Assembly: GCA_963827205.1 (NCBI GenBank)
Contig: CAWHAH010000016.1
Span: 43,663 to 107,662, forward strand
DNA length: 64,000 nucleotides
Origin: an uncultured Verrucomicrobiae bacterium
GTDB taxonomy: Bacteria > Verrucomicrobiota > Verrucomicrobiia > Limisphaerales > UBA11358
Reading direction: 5' to 3'
The notes beneath the pieces were generated by a model, which ran no database searches, was not told the DNA's origin, and worked only from the letters and a program-made list of their open reading frames with translations. The position numbers and the translations under genes were made by a program. Each line of letters starts with the position of its first letter. The first letter of the stretch is position 1. Positions 36,346 to 46,135 of this stretch are shown here, piece by piece.

Positions 36346-37425
36346 TCAGCCGCATTGTGCCTTGTGCCGTAACGCGTGGTCCACCAGCACCAACGCTGTC
36401 ATGGCTTCCACCATCGGCACGGCGCGCGGCAACACGCAGGGATCATGGCGTCCGCGGCCCTTGAGTGTGGTGTTGTGAAATTGCACGTCCACCGTGTCCT
36501 GCGCGTGCATGACCGTGGCGACGGGTTTGAAGGCGACCCGGAAGAAAATCGTCTGGCCGTTGGAAATGCCGCCTTGAATCCCGCCGGAAAAGTTCTTGGT
36601 CGTGACCACCTTTCCGTGCTTCGCGCGGAACGGGTCGTTGTGCTCGCGTCCGGTGAGCACGATGCCGCCGAAGCCGGAGCCGATTTCAAACGCCTTGGAC
36701 GCGGGCAGACTCAGCATGGCCTTGGCCAGGTCCGCTTCGAGTTTGTCAAACACCGGCTCGCCCCAGCCGGCGGGCACGCCGCGCGCGACGCCTTCGACGA
36801 TGCCGCCGACGGTGTCGCCGGCCTGACGCATCTTTTCGATGAGCCGGATCATTTTTTCCGCCGTTTGCCTGTCGGGGCAGCGGACGATGTTGGATTCGAT
36901 GTTCTGGAACTTCACCTTGTCCGGATTCACGTCCGCGACGAGGCGCTGGACTTGTTTGACGTAGGCCAGGATTTCGACGCCGTGCCGTTCGCGCAGAATC
37001 TTTTTGGCGATGGCGCCGGCGGCGACGCGCCCAACGGTTTCGCGCGCGCTGGCGCGACCGCCACCCTGCCAGTTGCGGATGCCGTATTTGGCGAAGTACG
37101 TGAAGTCCGCGTGCGACGGGCGGAACTTGGTTTTCATTTCCGCGTAGGCTTCGGGCCGGGCGTCCTCGTTTTTGACCCACAGACAAATCGGCGTGCCGAG
37201 CGTTTTGCCACCGAACGTGCCGGAAAGAATTTGCACCGTATCGGACTCCTTGCGCGGTGAGACGATTTTGGACTGGCCGGGACGGCGGCGGTCCAAATCG
37301 GGCTGGATGTCGGCCTCGGAGAGCTTGAGGCGCGGCGGGCAGCCGTCCACGACCACGCCCACGCCGCCGCCGTGGGATTCGCCCCACGTCGTAATGCGGA
37401 ACAGTTGCCCGAAGGTGCTCGCCAT
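36346..37425 (-). CDS. aroC: Chorismate synthase
   Basis: [32 protein letters not shown]-terminus, conserved throughout. Confidence 0.95.
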   Translation of the reverse strand: MASTFGQLFRITTWGESHGGGVGVVVDGCPPRLKLSEADIQPDLDRRRPGQSKIVSPRKESDTVQILSGTFGGKTLGTPICLWVKNEDARPEAYAEMKTKFRPSHADFTYFAKYGIRNWQGGGRASARETVGRVAAGAIAKKILRERHGVEILAYVKQVQRLVADVNPDKVKFQNIESNIVRCPDRQTAEKMIRLIEKMRQAGDTVGGIVEGVARGVPAGWGEPVFDKLEADLAKAMLSLPASKAFEIGSGFGGIVLTGREHNDPFRAKHGKVVTTKNFSGGIQGGISNGQTIFFRVAFKPVATVMHAQDTVDVQFHNTTLKGRGRHDPCVLPRAVPMVEAMTALVLVDHALRHKAQCG

Positions 37426-37709
37426 GCTGGGATGATGCGAAAAAAGCCCTGCGCGGTCAAATCTATCGAAGGGACGCGTCGGAGGGACGAGTTACACGAG
37501 TCCTTGACTAAATTTACGATATGCGATTTACGATTTACGCGTCCTTCACCGATTTCTGCTCACCGCGTAAGCCGTCTATCGAGACCTCTGCAAAACCGGA
37601 GTGCGGACAGCTTTGTCCGCCAATTCGGGTGCCGTGTAGCCTGCGGACATGGCTGTCCGCGCTCCGCCATGCTGGAATAATGCGAAAAAACCGGGGCGGG
37701 GTCAAATCT
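37417..37709. other. ~48-bp direct duplication of the aroC start region (37417-37464 and 37661-37709) bracketing a ~195-bp mosaic of short repeats
   Basis: gctcgccatgctgggatgatgcgaaaaaagccctgcgcggtcaaatct versus gctccgccatgctggaataatgcgaaaaaaccggggcggggtcaaatct. The interior holds members of at least three repeat families and a solo IS end. Confidence 0.75.
37581..37596 (+). mobile_element. Solo copy of the IS5-element terminal inverted repeat
   Basis: GAGACCTCTGCAAAAC is identical to the first 16 nt of the right end of the IS at 27776. It is preceded by TATC, as at the IS junction. Confidence 0.55.
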
Positions 37710-37810
37710 GGTGCATCTTAATCTTAATCCGGCTCTTAATCGTAATCGCCCCGGTGAACAAGATTATGATTACGATGATGATTAAGATTAAGACTTGAGA
37801 CAAATCCCGC

Positions 37811-37838
37811 TTGAAACTTGAAACTTGAAACTCGAAAC
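37811..37838 (+). repeat. Heptamer tandem repeat (TTGAAAC x3 plus TCGAAAC) 10 nt upstream of the trpA start
   Basis: Read directly: ttgaaacttgaaacttgaaactcgaaac. Confidence 0.85.
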
Positions 37839-37848
37839 TCTCCAGCGC

Positions 37849-38700
37849 ATGAACCGCATCGTCGAAAAGTTTGTCCAGCTCAAACAGGCCGGCACAAAGG
37901 GTTTCATCGTTTATATCGGCGCGGGCGATCCCAATCTGGAGGCCACGCGCGATCTGGCTGTGGCCTTTGACCAGGCGGGCGTGGATATTTTGGAACTGGG
38001 CGTGCCGTTCAGCGACCCGCTGGCCGACGGTTTGGTGAATCAACTTGCTGCGCAACGCGGTTTGGAATCGGGCACCACGCCGCCAAAAGTTTTGGAAACC
38101 GTCGCCGCCATCCGGAAGCACTCCGAAATTCCAATTATTCTCTACATTTACTTCAATCTGATTCACCGAGTGGGTTTGGAGCGATTCATCCACGACGCGG
38201 CGAAGGCGGGCGTGGATGGGTTGCTTGTGCTCGATTTGCCGCCGGAAGAATCGGATAATTACGAGGCACTGATGAAAAAAGCCGGCCTGTGCCACATTTA
38301 CCTCGTTGCGCCGACGACGTCGGAGGACCGCATGGAATTTATCGTCAAACGCGGCAGCGGGTTTATTTACTATGTTTCGCGCGAAGGCGTGACCGGGATG
38401 CAAAAACAGGTGGCGGCCAATCTCGCGCAGCAAGTCGCCAGAATCCGCGCGCACACAAAATCGCCCGTCGCCGTCGGATTCGGCATCTCGACGCCCGAAC
38501 AGGCGAAGGCGGTCGCGTCCGTCGCGGACGCCGTGGTCGTTGGGAGCGCCGTGGTGAATCAAATTGCGAAACACGGGGAATCGAAGGACCTGGTGAAGCG
38601 CGTGAGTGAATTTGTGGAATCGTTGGCCTGTGCAGTAAAGGCTGTTCAGGTAGCAGATAAACACAGATGTTCCTGGCGCGGCCAGCCGCAACCCAAGTAG
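37849..38700 (+). CDS. trpA: Tryptophan synthase alpha chain; its last ~20 codons lie in the 220-bp repeat
   Basis: Motifs seen: ELGVPFSDPLADG and YYVSREGVTG. ATG at 37849. The C-terminal tail ...AVKAVQVADKHRCSWRGQPQPK is repeat-encoded. Confidence 0.9.
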   Translation: MNRIVEKFVQLKQAGTKGFIVYIGAGDPNLEATRDLAVAFDQAGVDILELGVPFSDPLADGLVNQLAAQRGLESGTTPPKVLETVAAIRKHSEIPIILYIYFNLIHRVGLERFIHDAAKAGVDGLLVLDLPPEESDNYEALMKKAGLCHIYLVAPTTSEDRMEFIVKRGSGFIYYVSREGVTGMQKQVAANLAQQVARIRAHTKSPVAVGFGISTPEQAKAVASVADAVVVGSAVVNQIAKHGESKDLVKRVSEFVESLACAVKAVQVADKHRCSWRGQPQPK

Positions 38701-38857
38701 CGCAGACAGTATGTCTGCTGTATCGCGGATTGGTCATCCGCCGGCCCACCCGCTTCGGACGCCCGGCCGACTGCCAGTCGGCGATACGGCAGGTTGCCAG
38801 CCTGCGCTACGAGCAAGCATTGCGCCGCCTCAAAGTTGCGCAGGAAAACAAAATCTC
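38638..38857 (+). repeat. 220-bp composite repeat, copy A2
   Basis: See 34657-34876. The two copies form an inverted pair 3761 bp apart. Confidence 0.9.
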
Positions 38858-39250
38858 TCGAGATAGTAGTACAGACAAAAAATCCGCGTTCCGTCAGTGA
38901 AAATCCGTGGCTCAAAAACTATGACAGGCAAACCGACACCAAATAGACCGCCCCGTCGGTGAACCCCGGATTTGCATCGTCACAAGTGTCTAATTACTAA
39001 CAGGTTGTTGGCTTTTGTTGATTTTTATCCAGACTGTTTTTTCCTTGTTTTTCGTCAAAAAACTCCTTGACAGGCGCTCCAAGTTTCTCTAAACTCGGCA
39101 TATCAGCAGCAGTAACTGTAGGAACAGGCAGATTAAAAAAGAATAGTAATAACGTTGTAAAATTCGCAGGATTATCCATTCCCAAAAGACGGAAATGTGT
39201 TAATATTTGGTCGCAGTCAGCCTGAAACGCACTTAAAGACTTAAAAGCTT

Positions 39251-39955
39251 ATGAAAATAACATCTATTAGTAACAAAACGAAGATCACCAGTTTGGCCGC
39301 AGCGGTTGCCCTTCTTGGGCTTGGAGCGATTCAAGCGCAAGGTCAGTCGGTTATTTACAATTTCTCTGATGGCACGAGTGATGGATGGGCTAATGCAGGA
39401 TTCAGCGGCAGCCCGGCCGCTACAGTCTCAAGCATCGGCGGCCAAAACTACATTTACCTTCCCTATGTCGGTTTCCAGTCAGGAAATGTTGCATCGGACT
39501 CTGCAGGCAATCTCGCCGGTTTCAACGCGGCGATGTATGCCGCCCTTAACAACCCATCCGGCTACCAGCTCAGCTACAATTGGTACGTCAATACGGCCGC
39601 TTGGATAGGTCCTCCGACTTACTTGCAGGTTGGAGCGTTTGTCAACACGGGCAGCGGCTACTATGCGCAGGACTATGGCAGCCCTAATGAAGTCCAGTTG
39701 AATGGCACCCAGATGGCTAGCGGCAGCGTGTTCTCAGGCACCGTGACGGTTCCCTTCACTGTGTTCGGTACCGACGCGAACGCAGCAACAGAAACCTATT
39801 TCCGACTGGGAATCGTTGAGAATAGCAATGCCACTGGCACTGGTGGGGTGTATTTTACCGATATCAGCGTCTCTCCTGTTCCTGAACCGGCCTCGTTGGC
39901 GCTGGTCAGTTTGGGTATGGCCGGATTGATCATGATTCGTCGTCGGAATTCATAA
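39251..39955 (+). CDS. PEP-CTERM sorting-domain secreted protein
   Basis: Signal peptide, then a C-terminal VPEPASLALVSLGMAGLIMIRRR (PEP motif, TM helix, basic tail). Preceded by an AT-rich ~350-bp spacer. Confidence 0.85.
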   Translation: MKITSISNKTKITSLAAAVALLGLGAIQAQGQSVIYNFSDGTSDGWANAGFSGSPAATVSSIGGQNYIYLPYVGFQSGNVASDSAGNLAGFNAAMYAALNNPSGYQLSYNWYVNTAAWIGPPTYLQVGAFVNTGSGYYAQDYGSPNEVQLNGTQMASGSVFSGTVTVPFTVFGTDANAATETYFRLGIVENSNATGTGGVYFTDISVSPVPEPASLALVSLGMAGLIMIRRRNS

Positions 39956-39976
39956 CTCGTTTGTTTGCTTTGAGCG

Positions 39977-40007
39977 CCGACCCCGGCAACGGCTGGGGTC
40001 GGTTTTT
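39977..40007 (+). terminator. Intrinsic terminator after the PEP-CTERM gene
   Basis: ccgacccc-ggcaacggct-ggggtcgg followed by TTTTT. Confidence 0.6.
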
Positions 40008-40058
40008 CATTTCTCTTTTCAAAAACAGATTTTGCGTTTCTCATTTTATCCGTGTTGA

Positions 40059-41198
40059 ATGGGTGAGATGAAATCGCCAACCTACAACAAAGACCGCTTC
40101 GTCATCATTATGGCGGGCGGGCGCGGTGAACGGTTCTGGCCAGTGAGCCGCGAGAACATGCCCAAGCAACTGCTCACGCTGCTCGGCAAACGCTCGTTTT
40201 TGCAGGAGACCGTAGATCGTGTGCTGCCGCTCGTGCCGGTCAAAAACATCTTTATCATCACCAACGAGGCGCAACTGCCGGAAGTCCGCAGACAACTTCC
40301 GAAAATCCCCAAAGCCAATCTCATCGCCGAGCCGGTAGGCCGCGATACCACCGCCGCCGTCACGCTCGGCGCGGCGCTCGTCGGCGCGCGTTCCACGACG
40401 GGCGTCATGGCCGTATTGCCCGCCGACCACGTCATTCCCGAGGAGAAAAAATTTCAGCAGGTGTTGAGCGACGCGTTCGATGTGGCCGGTCGCGGGCAGG
40501 CCATCATTACCATTGGCATCAAGCCGACCGGTCCGGACACGGGCTACGGTTACATTCACGTCGGCCCGGAATTGCCGCCGGCGCAGGGCGCAAAAAAGAC
40601 CAGGACGGCCTTCTTCAAGGCGGAACGATTTGTCGAGAAACCGCATTTTGAGAAGGCGTTGGAATACGTCAACAGCGGTCAGTACCGCTGGAATGCCGGT
40701 ATGTTCGTCTGGTCGTTCGTGACCATCACCGAAGGCTTGCAGAAGCATCAGCCGGAAATGTATGCCGCCTGCCAGCGCTGGTTCAAGGTGGCCAACCAGC
40801 CGGCCAAACTTGGGAAGATGCTGGCGAAAGACTATCCCGGCATCAAAAGGGTCTCAATTGACTTTGCGTTGATGGAGCACGCGCAGAACGTGATTGTGGC
40901 CGACGGCGCGTTTGCCTGGGACGATCTCGGTTCGTGGACGGCGCTGGCACGGCATCTCAAGGCGGACCCGGAAGGCAACTGCGCCGTGGCGGATTTCATC
41001 CACGTGGACGGCGCGCGGAATATCATCTACGACGCGCGCGTAAAAAATCGCACCCCAATCGCGGTAGTGGGTTTGCGCGATTCGATTCTGGTGCAGACCG
41101 ACGACGCGGTGTTGCTCGCACACAAAAGCCAGGCGCAGAAGGTCAAGGAATTGGTCCGGAAACTCGGCGAGGACGCGAGGTTAAAGAAACTCGTGTAG
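40059..41198 (+). CDS. Mannose-1-phosphate guanylyltransferase-type nucleotidyltransferase
   Basis: IIMAGGRGERFWPVSR signature, with no C-terminal isomerase domain. Confidence 0.8.
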   Translation: MGEMKSPTYNKDRFVIIMAGGRGERFWPVSRENMPKQLLTLLGKRSFLQETVDRVLPLVPVKNIFIITNEAQLPEVRRQLPKIPKANLIAEPVGRDTTAAVTLGAALVGARSTTGVMAVLPADHVIPEEKKFQQVLSDAFDVAGRGQAIITIGIKPTGPDTGYGYIHVGPELPPAQGAKKTRTAFFKAERFVEKPHFEKALEYVNSGQYRWNAGMFVWSFVTITEGLQKHQPEMYAACQRWFKVANQPAKLGKMLAKDYPGIKRVSIDFALMEHAQNVIVADGAFAWDDLGSWTALARHLKADPEGNCAVADFIHVDGARNIIYDARVKNRTPIAVVGLRDSILVQTDDAVLLAHKSQAQKVKELVRKLGEDARLKKLV

Positions 41199-41265
41199 CC
41201 GCGCTTGTGAAAGCGCGGTCGGGATTAACGGATGAAAAACTCCGCGTTTTCACAAACGCGGCTAC
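41195..41265 (+). repeat. REP doublet (REPIN-like), left flank of the RAYT gene
   Basis: gtagccgcgcttgtgaaagcgcgg ... cgttttcacaaacgcggctac. The 71-bp sequence recurs at 41855-41925 with 2 mismatches. It overlaps the upstream stop codon. Confidence 0.85.
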
Positions 41266-41266
41266 G

Positions 41267-41851
41267 ATGAAAATGAACAGGCCGGTTGAACAAAAGGACA
41301 ATCTGCCACGGCTGCTGTGCCATCATTACCAAGGCCATGCGGCGACCCTGTGGACGCTGACCGTGGAACATCGCTCGACCGGCTGGTTGAACGACCCTTT
41401 TCATGCCCGTTTTCGAGAACTCATACTGCACGCGGCGGTTCGTGAAGACGTTTGGTGTCCGACTTATTGTCTGATGCCTGACCACGTACATCTCGTCTGG
41501 ATGGGAATGCGACGCGAAAGTGACCAACTCAATGCCATGAGATTTCTCCGCCGCCAGTTGGCGCCCATGCTCGGGCCGCACAGGTTCCAACACCAGGCCC
41601 ACGACCATGTGTTGCGTGAGGATGAGCGGAAACGCGGTGCCTTTGCACGGGTTTGTTTCTACGTGCTGGCCAATCCGGTCCGCGCAAAACTGGTGGCGGA
41701 AGGCGAGGGTTGGCCGTTCAGCGGCGCGATGGTGCCCGGTTATCCCGCGCTGCATCCGACGAAGGAGGATTTCTGGGAACGGTTTTGGAAACTTTACGCG
41801 GCCGAACGGGAATCTGAACCGCCCGCGCCATCGATTCCGCCGTTGCGCTGA
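41267..41851 (+). CDS. REP-associated tyrosine transposase (RAYT; IS200/IS605-like Y1 HUH enzyme)
   Basis: HUH motif in CLMPDHVHLVW and a Tyr motif in FYVLANPVRAKLV. Flanked on both sides by REP doublets. Confidence 0.8.
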   Translation: MKMNRPVEQKDNLPRLLCHHYQGHAATLWTLTVEHRSTGWLNDPFHARFRELILHAAVREDVWCPTYCLMPDHVHLVWMGMRRESDQLNAMRFLRRQLAPMLGPHRFQHQAHDHVLREDERKRGAFARVCFYVLANPVRAKLVAEGEGWPFSGAMVPGYPALHPTKEDFWERFWKLYAAERESEPPAPSIPPLR

Positions 41852-41854
41852 AGC

Positions 41855-41925
41855 GTAGCCGCGCTTGTGAAAGCGCGGTCGGGATTGACGGATGAAAAAC
41901 TCCACGTTTTCACAAACGCGGCTAC
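41855..41925 (+). repeat. REP doublet, right flank of the RAYT gene
   Basis: Direct copy of 41195-41265. Confidence 0.85.
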
Positions 41926-42030
41926 AAACTATGGCGTGCGTTCCATCGCTATGTGACTATCTAAACTTTCCCAACGCGCTTCTTGACCTTTTTCATCCGC
42001 AAGGCAGACTATCCAACTCGGTTTTAAATT

Positions 42031-43866
42031 ATGCAGCACATCCGGAACATCGCCATCATCGCGCACGTTGACCACGGCAAGACGACGCTCGTGGATTGCC
42101 TGCTCAAGCAGTCCGGGACGTTCCGCGCCAACGAGGCCAAGGCCAGCGAGGAGCGCATCATGGATTCGATGGACCTCGAACGCGAAAAGGGCATCACCAT
42201 CCGCGCCAAAAATGCCGCGTTCCAATACAAGGAATACCACATCAACATCGTGGACACGCCCGGTCACGCTGATTTCGGCGGCGAGGTCGAGCGCATCATG
42301 AACATGATTGACGGCGTATTGCTGGTGGTGGATGCCGCTGAAGGCCCGCAGGCGCAGACGCGCTTTGTCCTGCGCAAGGCGCTGGAAGCGGGCGCGAAGC
42401 CGATCGTGGTCATCAACAAGATTGACCGCGAAAATGCGAACCCGAAAAAGGTGCTCGACCAGGTGTTCGAGTTGTTCATTTCGCTCAACGCCACCGATGA
42501 GCAACTGGATTTTCCGTTTGTCTATTGTTCGGCCAAGGCCGGTTACGCGAAGCTCGATCTCAAAGACGCGAGTGACTCGATGGTTCCGTTGTTCGACGCT
42601 ATCGTGAAGCACATCCCGCCGCCGCGCGCGAAGGCGGGGGACGGGTTCCAGGTTCTGGTGGCCAACCTCGATTACAGTGATTACCTGGGCCGTATTGCCT
42701 TCGGCAAGATCATGGCCGGCAAATTGAAGGTGGGCGAGGCGGCGTGCTGTCTGCACGGCCATGGGAAAATCACGCAAGGCAAAATCACGATGATCTACCA
42801 CTTCGAGGGCCTGAAACGCATCGAAGTGCCGGAGGCGCACGCCGGCGACATCGTCGGCATCACCGGGTTCGAGGACGTATTCATCGGCGAAACCATTGCC
42901 GACAAGCCGGAACGCGGCGCGCTGCCCTACATTCCGATTGACCCGCCGACCATCCAGATGGAATTTGCCGTCAACGACGGTCCGCTCGGCGGCCAGGACG
43001 GCAAACTCGTCACCGCGCGGCATATCTGGGAGCGGCTGCAAAAGGAAACCCGCACGAATGTCGCGTTGCGCATCAAGCAGAGCGATGACCCGAAAATTTT
43101 CGAGGTCGAAGGACGCGGTGAAATGCAGATCGCCATTCTCGTCGAGCAAATGCGGCGCGAAGGCTACGAGGTCTTGGTCAGCCGCCCGGAAGTGCTCTAC
43201 AAAAAGGACGCCCAGGGCAACCTGCTGGAGCCGATTGAAAAATTGTTCCTTGAAATCCCGCAGGAATTCATGGGCGCCGTCATGGAAAACCTGTCTGGAC
43301 GCAAAGCCGAAATCACCAGCATGAACCATCATGGCGACCAGGTGACCATCGAGGCGCTGATTCCCATGCGCGGCCTGATTGGGTTCGAGACCGACCTGGT
43401 GAACCAGACGCGCGGCCTGGGAGTGATGAGCCACCTGTTTCACGAATACGGCTCCGACCGCGGGGAAATCGCCGCGCGCAAGAACGGCTCGCTCGTCAGC
43501 ATGGAAAACGGTCAGGCCATGGCCTACGCCCTGAACATGATTCAGGAACGCGGCCGGCTGATGGTCGAGCCGGGCGAAGCCATTTACGCCGGCATGATTG
43601 TGGGCGAGAATGCGCGTGACAACGACATCCCGGTAAACCCCTGCAAGGCGAAAAAGCTGACCAATATGCGGAGCCAGGGCGATGGCAAGGGCATCCAGCT
43701 CAATCCGCCGCTCAAGCTCTCGCTGGAGCGCGCGTTGGAATACATCGGTTCAGACGAATACGTGGAAGCCACGCCGAAAAATCTGCGGCTCCGCAAAAAA
43801 ATCCTCGATGAGACGAAGCGCAAACGCGCCGAAAAATCCCGCGTGATAAAAATTCTGGCGGAATAG
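42031..43866 (+). CDS. typA: Translational GTPase TypA/BipA
   Basis: [20 protein letters not shown]-terminus and full-length conservation. Confidence 0.95.
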   Translation: MQHIRNIAIIAHVDHGKTTLVDCLLKQSGTFRANEAKASEERIMDSMDLEREKGITIRAKNAAFQYKEYHINIVDTPGHADFGGEVERIMNMIDGVLLVVDAAEGPQAQTRFVLRKALEAGAKPIVVINKIDRENANPKKVLDQVFELFISLNATDEQLDFPFVYCSAKAGYAKLDLKDASDSMVPLFDAIVKHIPPPRAKAGDGFQVLVANLDYSDYLGRIAFGKIMAGKLKVGEAACCLHGHGKITQGKITMIYHFEGLKRIEVPEAHAGDIVGITGFEDVFIGETIADKPERGALPYIPIDPPTIQMEFAVNDGPLGGQDGKLVTARHIWERLQKETRTNVALRIKQSDDPKIFEVEGRGEMQIAILVEQMRREGYEVLVSRPEVLYKKDAQGNLLEPIEKLFLEIPQEFMGAVMENLSGRKAEITSMNHHGDQVTIEALIPMRGLIGFETDLVNQTRGLGVMSHLFHEYGSDRGEIAARKNGSLVSMENGQAMAYALNMIQERGRLMVEPGEAIYAGMIVGENARDNDIPVNPCKAKKLTNMRSQGDGKGIQLNPPLKLSLERALEYIGSDEYVEATPKNLRLRKKILDETKRKRAEKSRVIKILAE

Positions 43867-43901
43867 GGTTTGCGCGAATTCAAGAAATCCGCGTCAGCTT
43901 G

Positions 43902-45902
43902 TCAAGCGGGCTTTCCGGTGTATTCGATGCCGACCAGGCAAACGTCGTCGGCGAATTCGTGGTCCACGGAGAAGGCGCGGATGGCGTCCAGCAGCGCATC
44001 GAACAATTCCCCGGCGGATTTGGGCAACAGGTTTGCCACGTCCAACATCATCCGTTCCTGCGAATACAATTCCTCGTTTGGCCCCAGCACTTCGTACAGG
44101 CCATCAGTGAACAGCATCAAAAGGTCGCCGGGCTGGATATGGGTTTCGGTGGTTTGATATGGCGTGTCCTCGAACAGGCCGAGCGCAGGCTCGCTGTGGC
44201 CGGAGGCGTTGATGAGCGGTTCAACGTGTTTGGCGGAACGATGAACCAGCAACGGTTTGGGATGGCCGGCGTTGGCGAAGCGCAGGATGCCGGTCTGACA
44301 GTCAGCCACGAGGTAAAACGCGGTGGTGAGCATTGGCGAGCCGGTGGTTTTGAGGATGATGCATAAATCAGAGTTGAGCTTGCGCAAGAACATGCCGGGG
44401 TCGGGCGCGAGCGGCTTCAGTTCCTCCACCAGCGCGCGAATCATGGCCGTAACCAGCGCTGCGCGAATGCCGTGGCCCGTCACGTCGCAGATGAAAACGG
44501 CGACTTGCGTGTCGGAAAGCGCGGAGACACTGAAAAAATCGCCGCTGACCGTTTCGGCGGGCTGATAGCGATGGACAAACTGAAAAGCGCTTTGTTCCGC
44601 CGGGACGGTGCGCGGGAAAGAGGGATATTGCTGCGGCAACATGGCGGACTGGATTTCGCGCGCCATGTGGAGGTTTTCCTCCATCAGCAGGTTTTTGGCG
44701 TGCAACTCCCCGCGGCTGCGGGCCAGTTCGGCATTGGCCCGGCGGATTTGTTCCTCGGCGAGTTTTTGCGCGGTGATGTCCCAGAAAATGCCCTGCAAAC
44801 CGATGATGCTGCCGTCCGCGCCGTAGAGCGGCGTTTTGACGACCTGAACGATGGTTCGCTCCTGTCCCAACGGTTGATGTTCCTCGATGATTTCGTAGGT
44901 CTGGCCGGTTTCCATCACGCGGCGGTCGTCCTTCTGGTATTTTTCGGCCAGTTCCTTCGGAAAAAAATCGAAATCCGTTTTGCCGAGGATGTCCTCCAGC
45001 GTGCATTTGTAATGTTTGCAGTATTGTTGGTTGGCGAACGTGAACCGCCCCTGCAGGTCCTTTCGGAAAACGTTTTGCGGCATCGTCTCCACCAGGGAAT
45101 GATAAAGAGATTCCGAATTCCGCAGTTCCTGCTCCATGTGCCGGCGTTGCGTGATGTCCACCACCGTGCCTTCGTAGTAAAGCAATTTGCCCTGCGCATC
45201 GCGCACGGCGCGGCAATTTTCCGAAATCCAGATGACGAGCCCGTCTTTGCGGTAAATGAGGGACTCGAATCCCTTCAGCGTGTCGTGTTCCCGCATCAAC
45301 CGGACGAATTCCTCGCGTCGGCCTGGTTCCACGTACAACCGTTTCCCGATGTCCTGGATGCTCGCCATCATTTCCATCGGCGAGTGATAACCATAAATGT
45401 GCGCCAGCGCCACGTTTGCCAGCAGGTAGTGGCCGTCCGGAGTCGTGCGGAAAATACCCTCGACCAAATGGTCAAAAATGCCGTGGTAGTTGTCCTTTTC
45501 CTCGATCAACGCGAGCCGTTCGAGCTGGCGCGCAATCGCGCAACGGATGGCGTGTCGCAAGGCGAGGCCGCCGAGATGTTCTTTAACGAGATAATCCTGC
45601 GCGCCGTTGTAGATGCCTTCGGCGAAGACGGTTTCGTCATTTGCCGCGCCCAGCACCAGAACCGGCAAGCGCGGGGCCTTGGTGGTGAGCGTGGTGATCT
45701 GCGAGAAACCGGGCGCGTCGGCGGCGGGCAATTCGAACAGGATCGCATCAAATGAATTGCCCGGCAGGAGGGCCAACCCGGCATCAACCGTGGGTGCAGG
45801 CTTCACCTCGGTTACCCCGCCAGTTTGCAGCAGATCGGTGACGGTGCGCGCAAGACGCCCGTCATTCCCGATAAACAAAATTTTCAACGGTTCGAATCCC
45901 AT
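43902..45902 (-). CDS. Response-regulator receiver, two PAS domains and a PP2C/SpoIIE phosphatase
   Basis: An N-terminal REC-like domain, PAS-type segments (e.g. FRTTPDGHYLLAN, VFRKDLQGRFTFAN), and a C-terminal SGDFF...DG...E SpoIIE pattern. Confidence 0.8.
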   Translation of the reverse strand: MGFEPLKILFIGNDGRLARTVTDLLQTGGVTEVKPAPTVDAGLALLPGNSFDAILFELPAADAPGFSQITTLTTKAPRLPVLVLGAANDETVFAEGIYNGAQDYLVKEHLGGLALRHAIRCAIARQLERLALIEEKDNYHGIFDHLVEGIFRTTPDGHYLLANVALAHIYGYHSPMEMMASIQDIGKRLYVEPGRREEFVRLMREHDTLKGFESLIYRKDGLVIWISENCRAVRDAQGKLLYYEGTVVDITQRRHMEQELRNSESLYHSLVETMPQNVFRKDLQGRFTFANQQYCKHYKCTLEDILGKTDFDFFPKELAEKYQKDDRRVMETGQTYEIIEEHQPLGQERTIVQVVKTPLYGADGSIIGLQGIFWDITAQKLAEEQIRRANAELARSRGELHAKNLLMEENLHMAREIQSAMLPQQYPSFPRTVPAEQSAFQFVHRYQPAETVSGDFFSVSALSDTQVAVFICDVTGHGIRAALVTAMIRALVEELKPLAPDPGMFLRKLNSDLCIILKTTGSPMLTTAFYLVADCQTGILRFANAGHPKPLLVHRSAKHVEPLINASGHSEPALGLFEDTPYQTTETHIQPGDLLMLFTDGLYEVLGPNEELYSQERMMLDVANLLPKSAGELFDALLDAIRAFSVDHEFADDVCLVGIEYTGKPA

Positions 45903-46135
45903 AACGTAATCCGGCCTTACTCTGCTGGCGGAGGCCTGAATCACCTCGCGGTTGTCCCATCAGCATACAAGGTTGGTGCGCGCTCGCAAGTGGGTTGCGT
46001 TCGCCACGGATTTTTGCTTATCATCCGGCGGATGAAATGGCGTGCCAACAGTCGCGGGATTCGTTTCCTCGATTTTTCTGTTCTCCGGCTTGAGATGCCC
46101 GCTGTTACGACCGGCGCCTTTTGCCAGATTTAATT

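Noticed and set aside
40934-41266. N-terminal 111 codons of the 305-aa track ORF that contains the RAYT
   Set aside because: This part overlaps the 3' end of the nucleotidyltransferase gene in another frame and then crosses the REP doublet. The RAYT homology begins at the ATG at 41267.
41929-43443. 504-aa minus-strand ORF, together with the 9050-10252 minus-strand ORF (400 aa)
   Set aside because: They are antisense to typA and hom respectively. Neither has motifs, and both show the typical high-GC antisense composition.
45880-45902. tRNA-like T-arm motif GGTTCGAATCC
   Set aside because: It lies inside the coding start of the response-regulator gene (the reverse strand reads MGFEPLK). No acceptor, anticodon or D-arm structure can be built around it.
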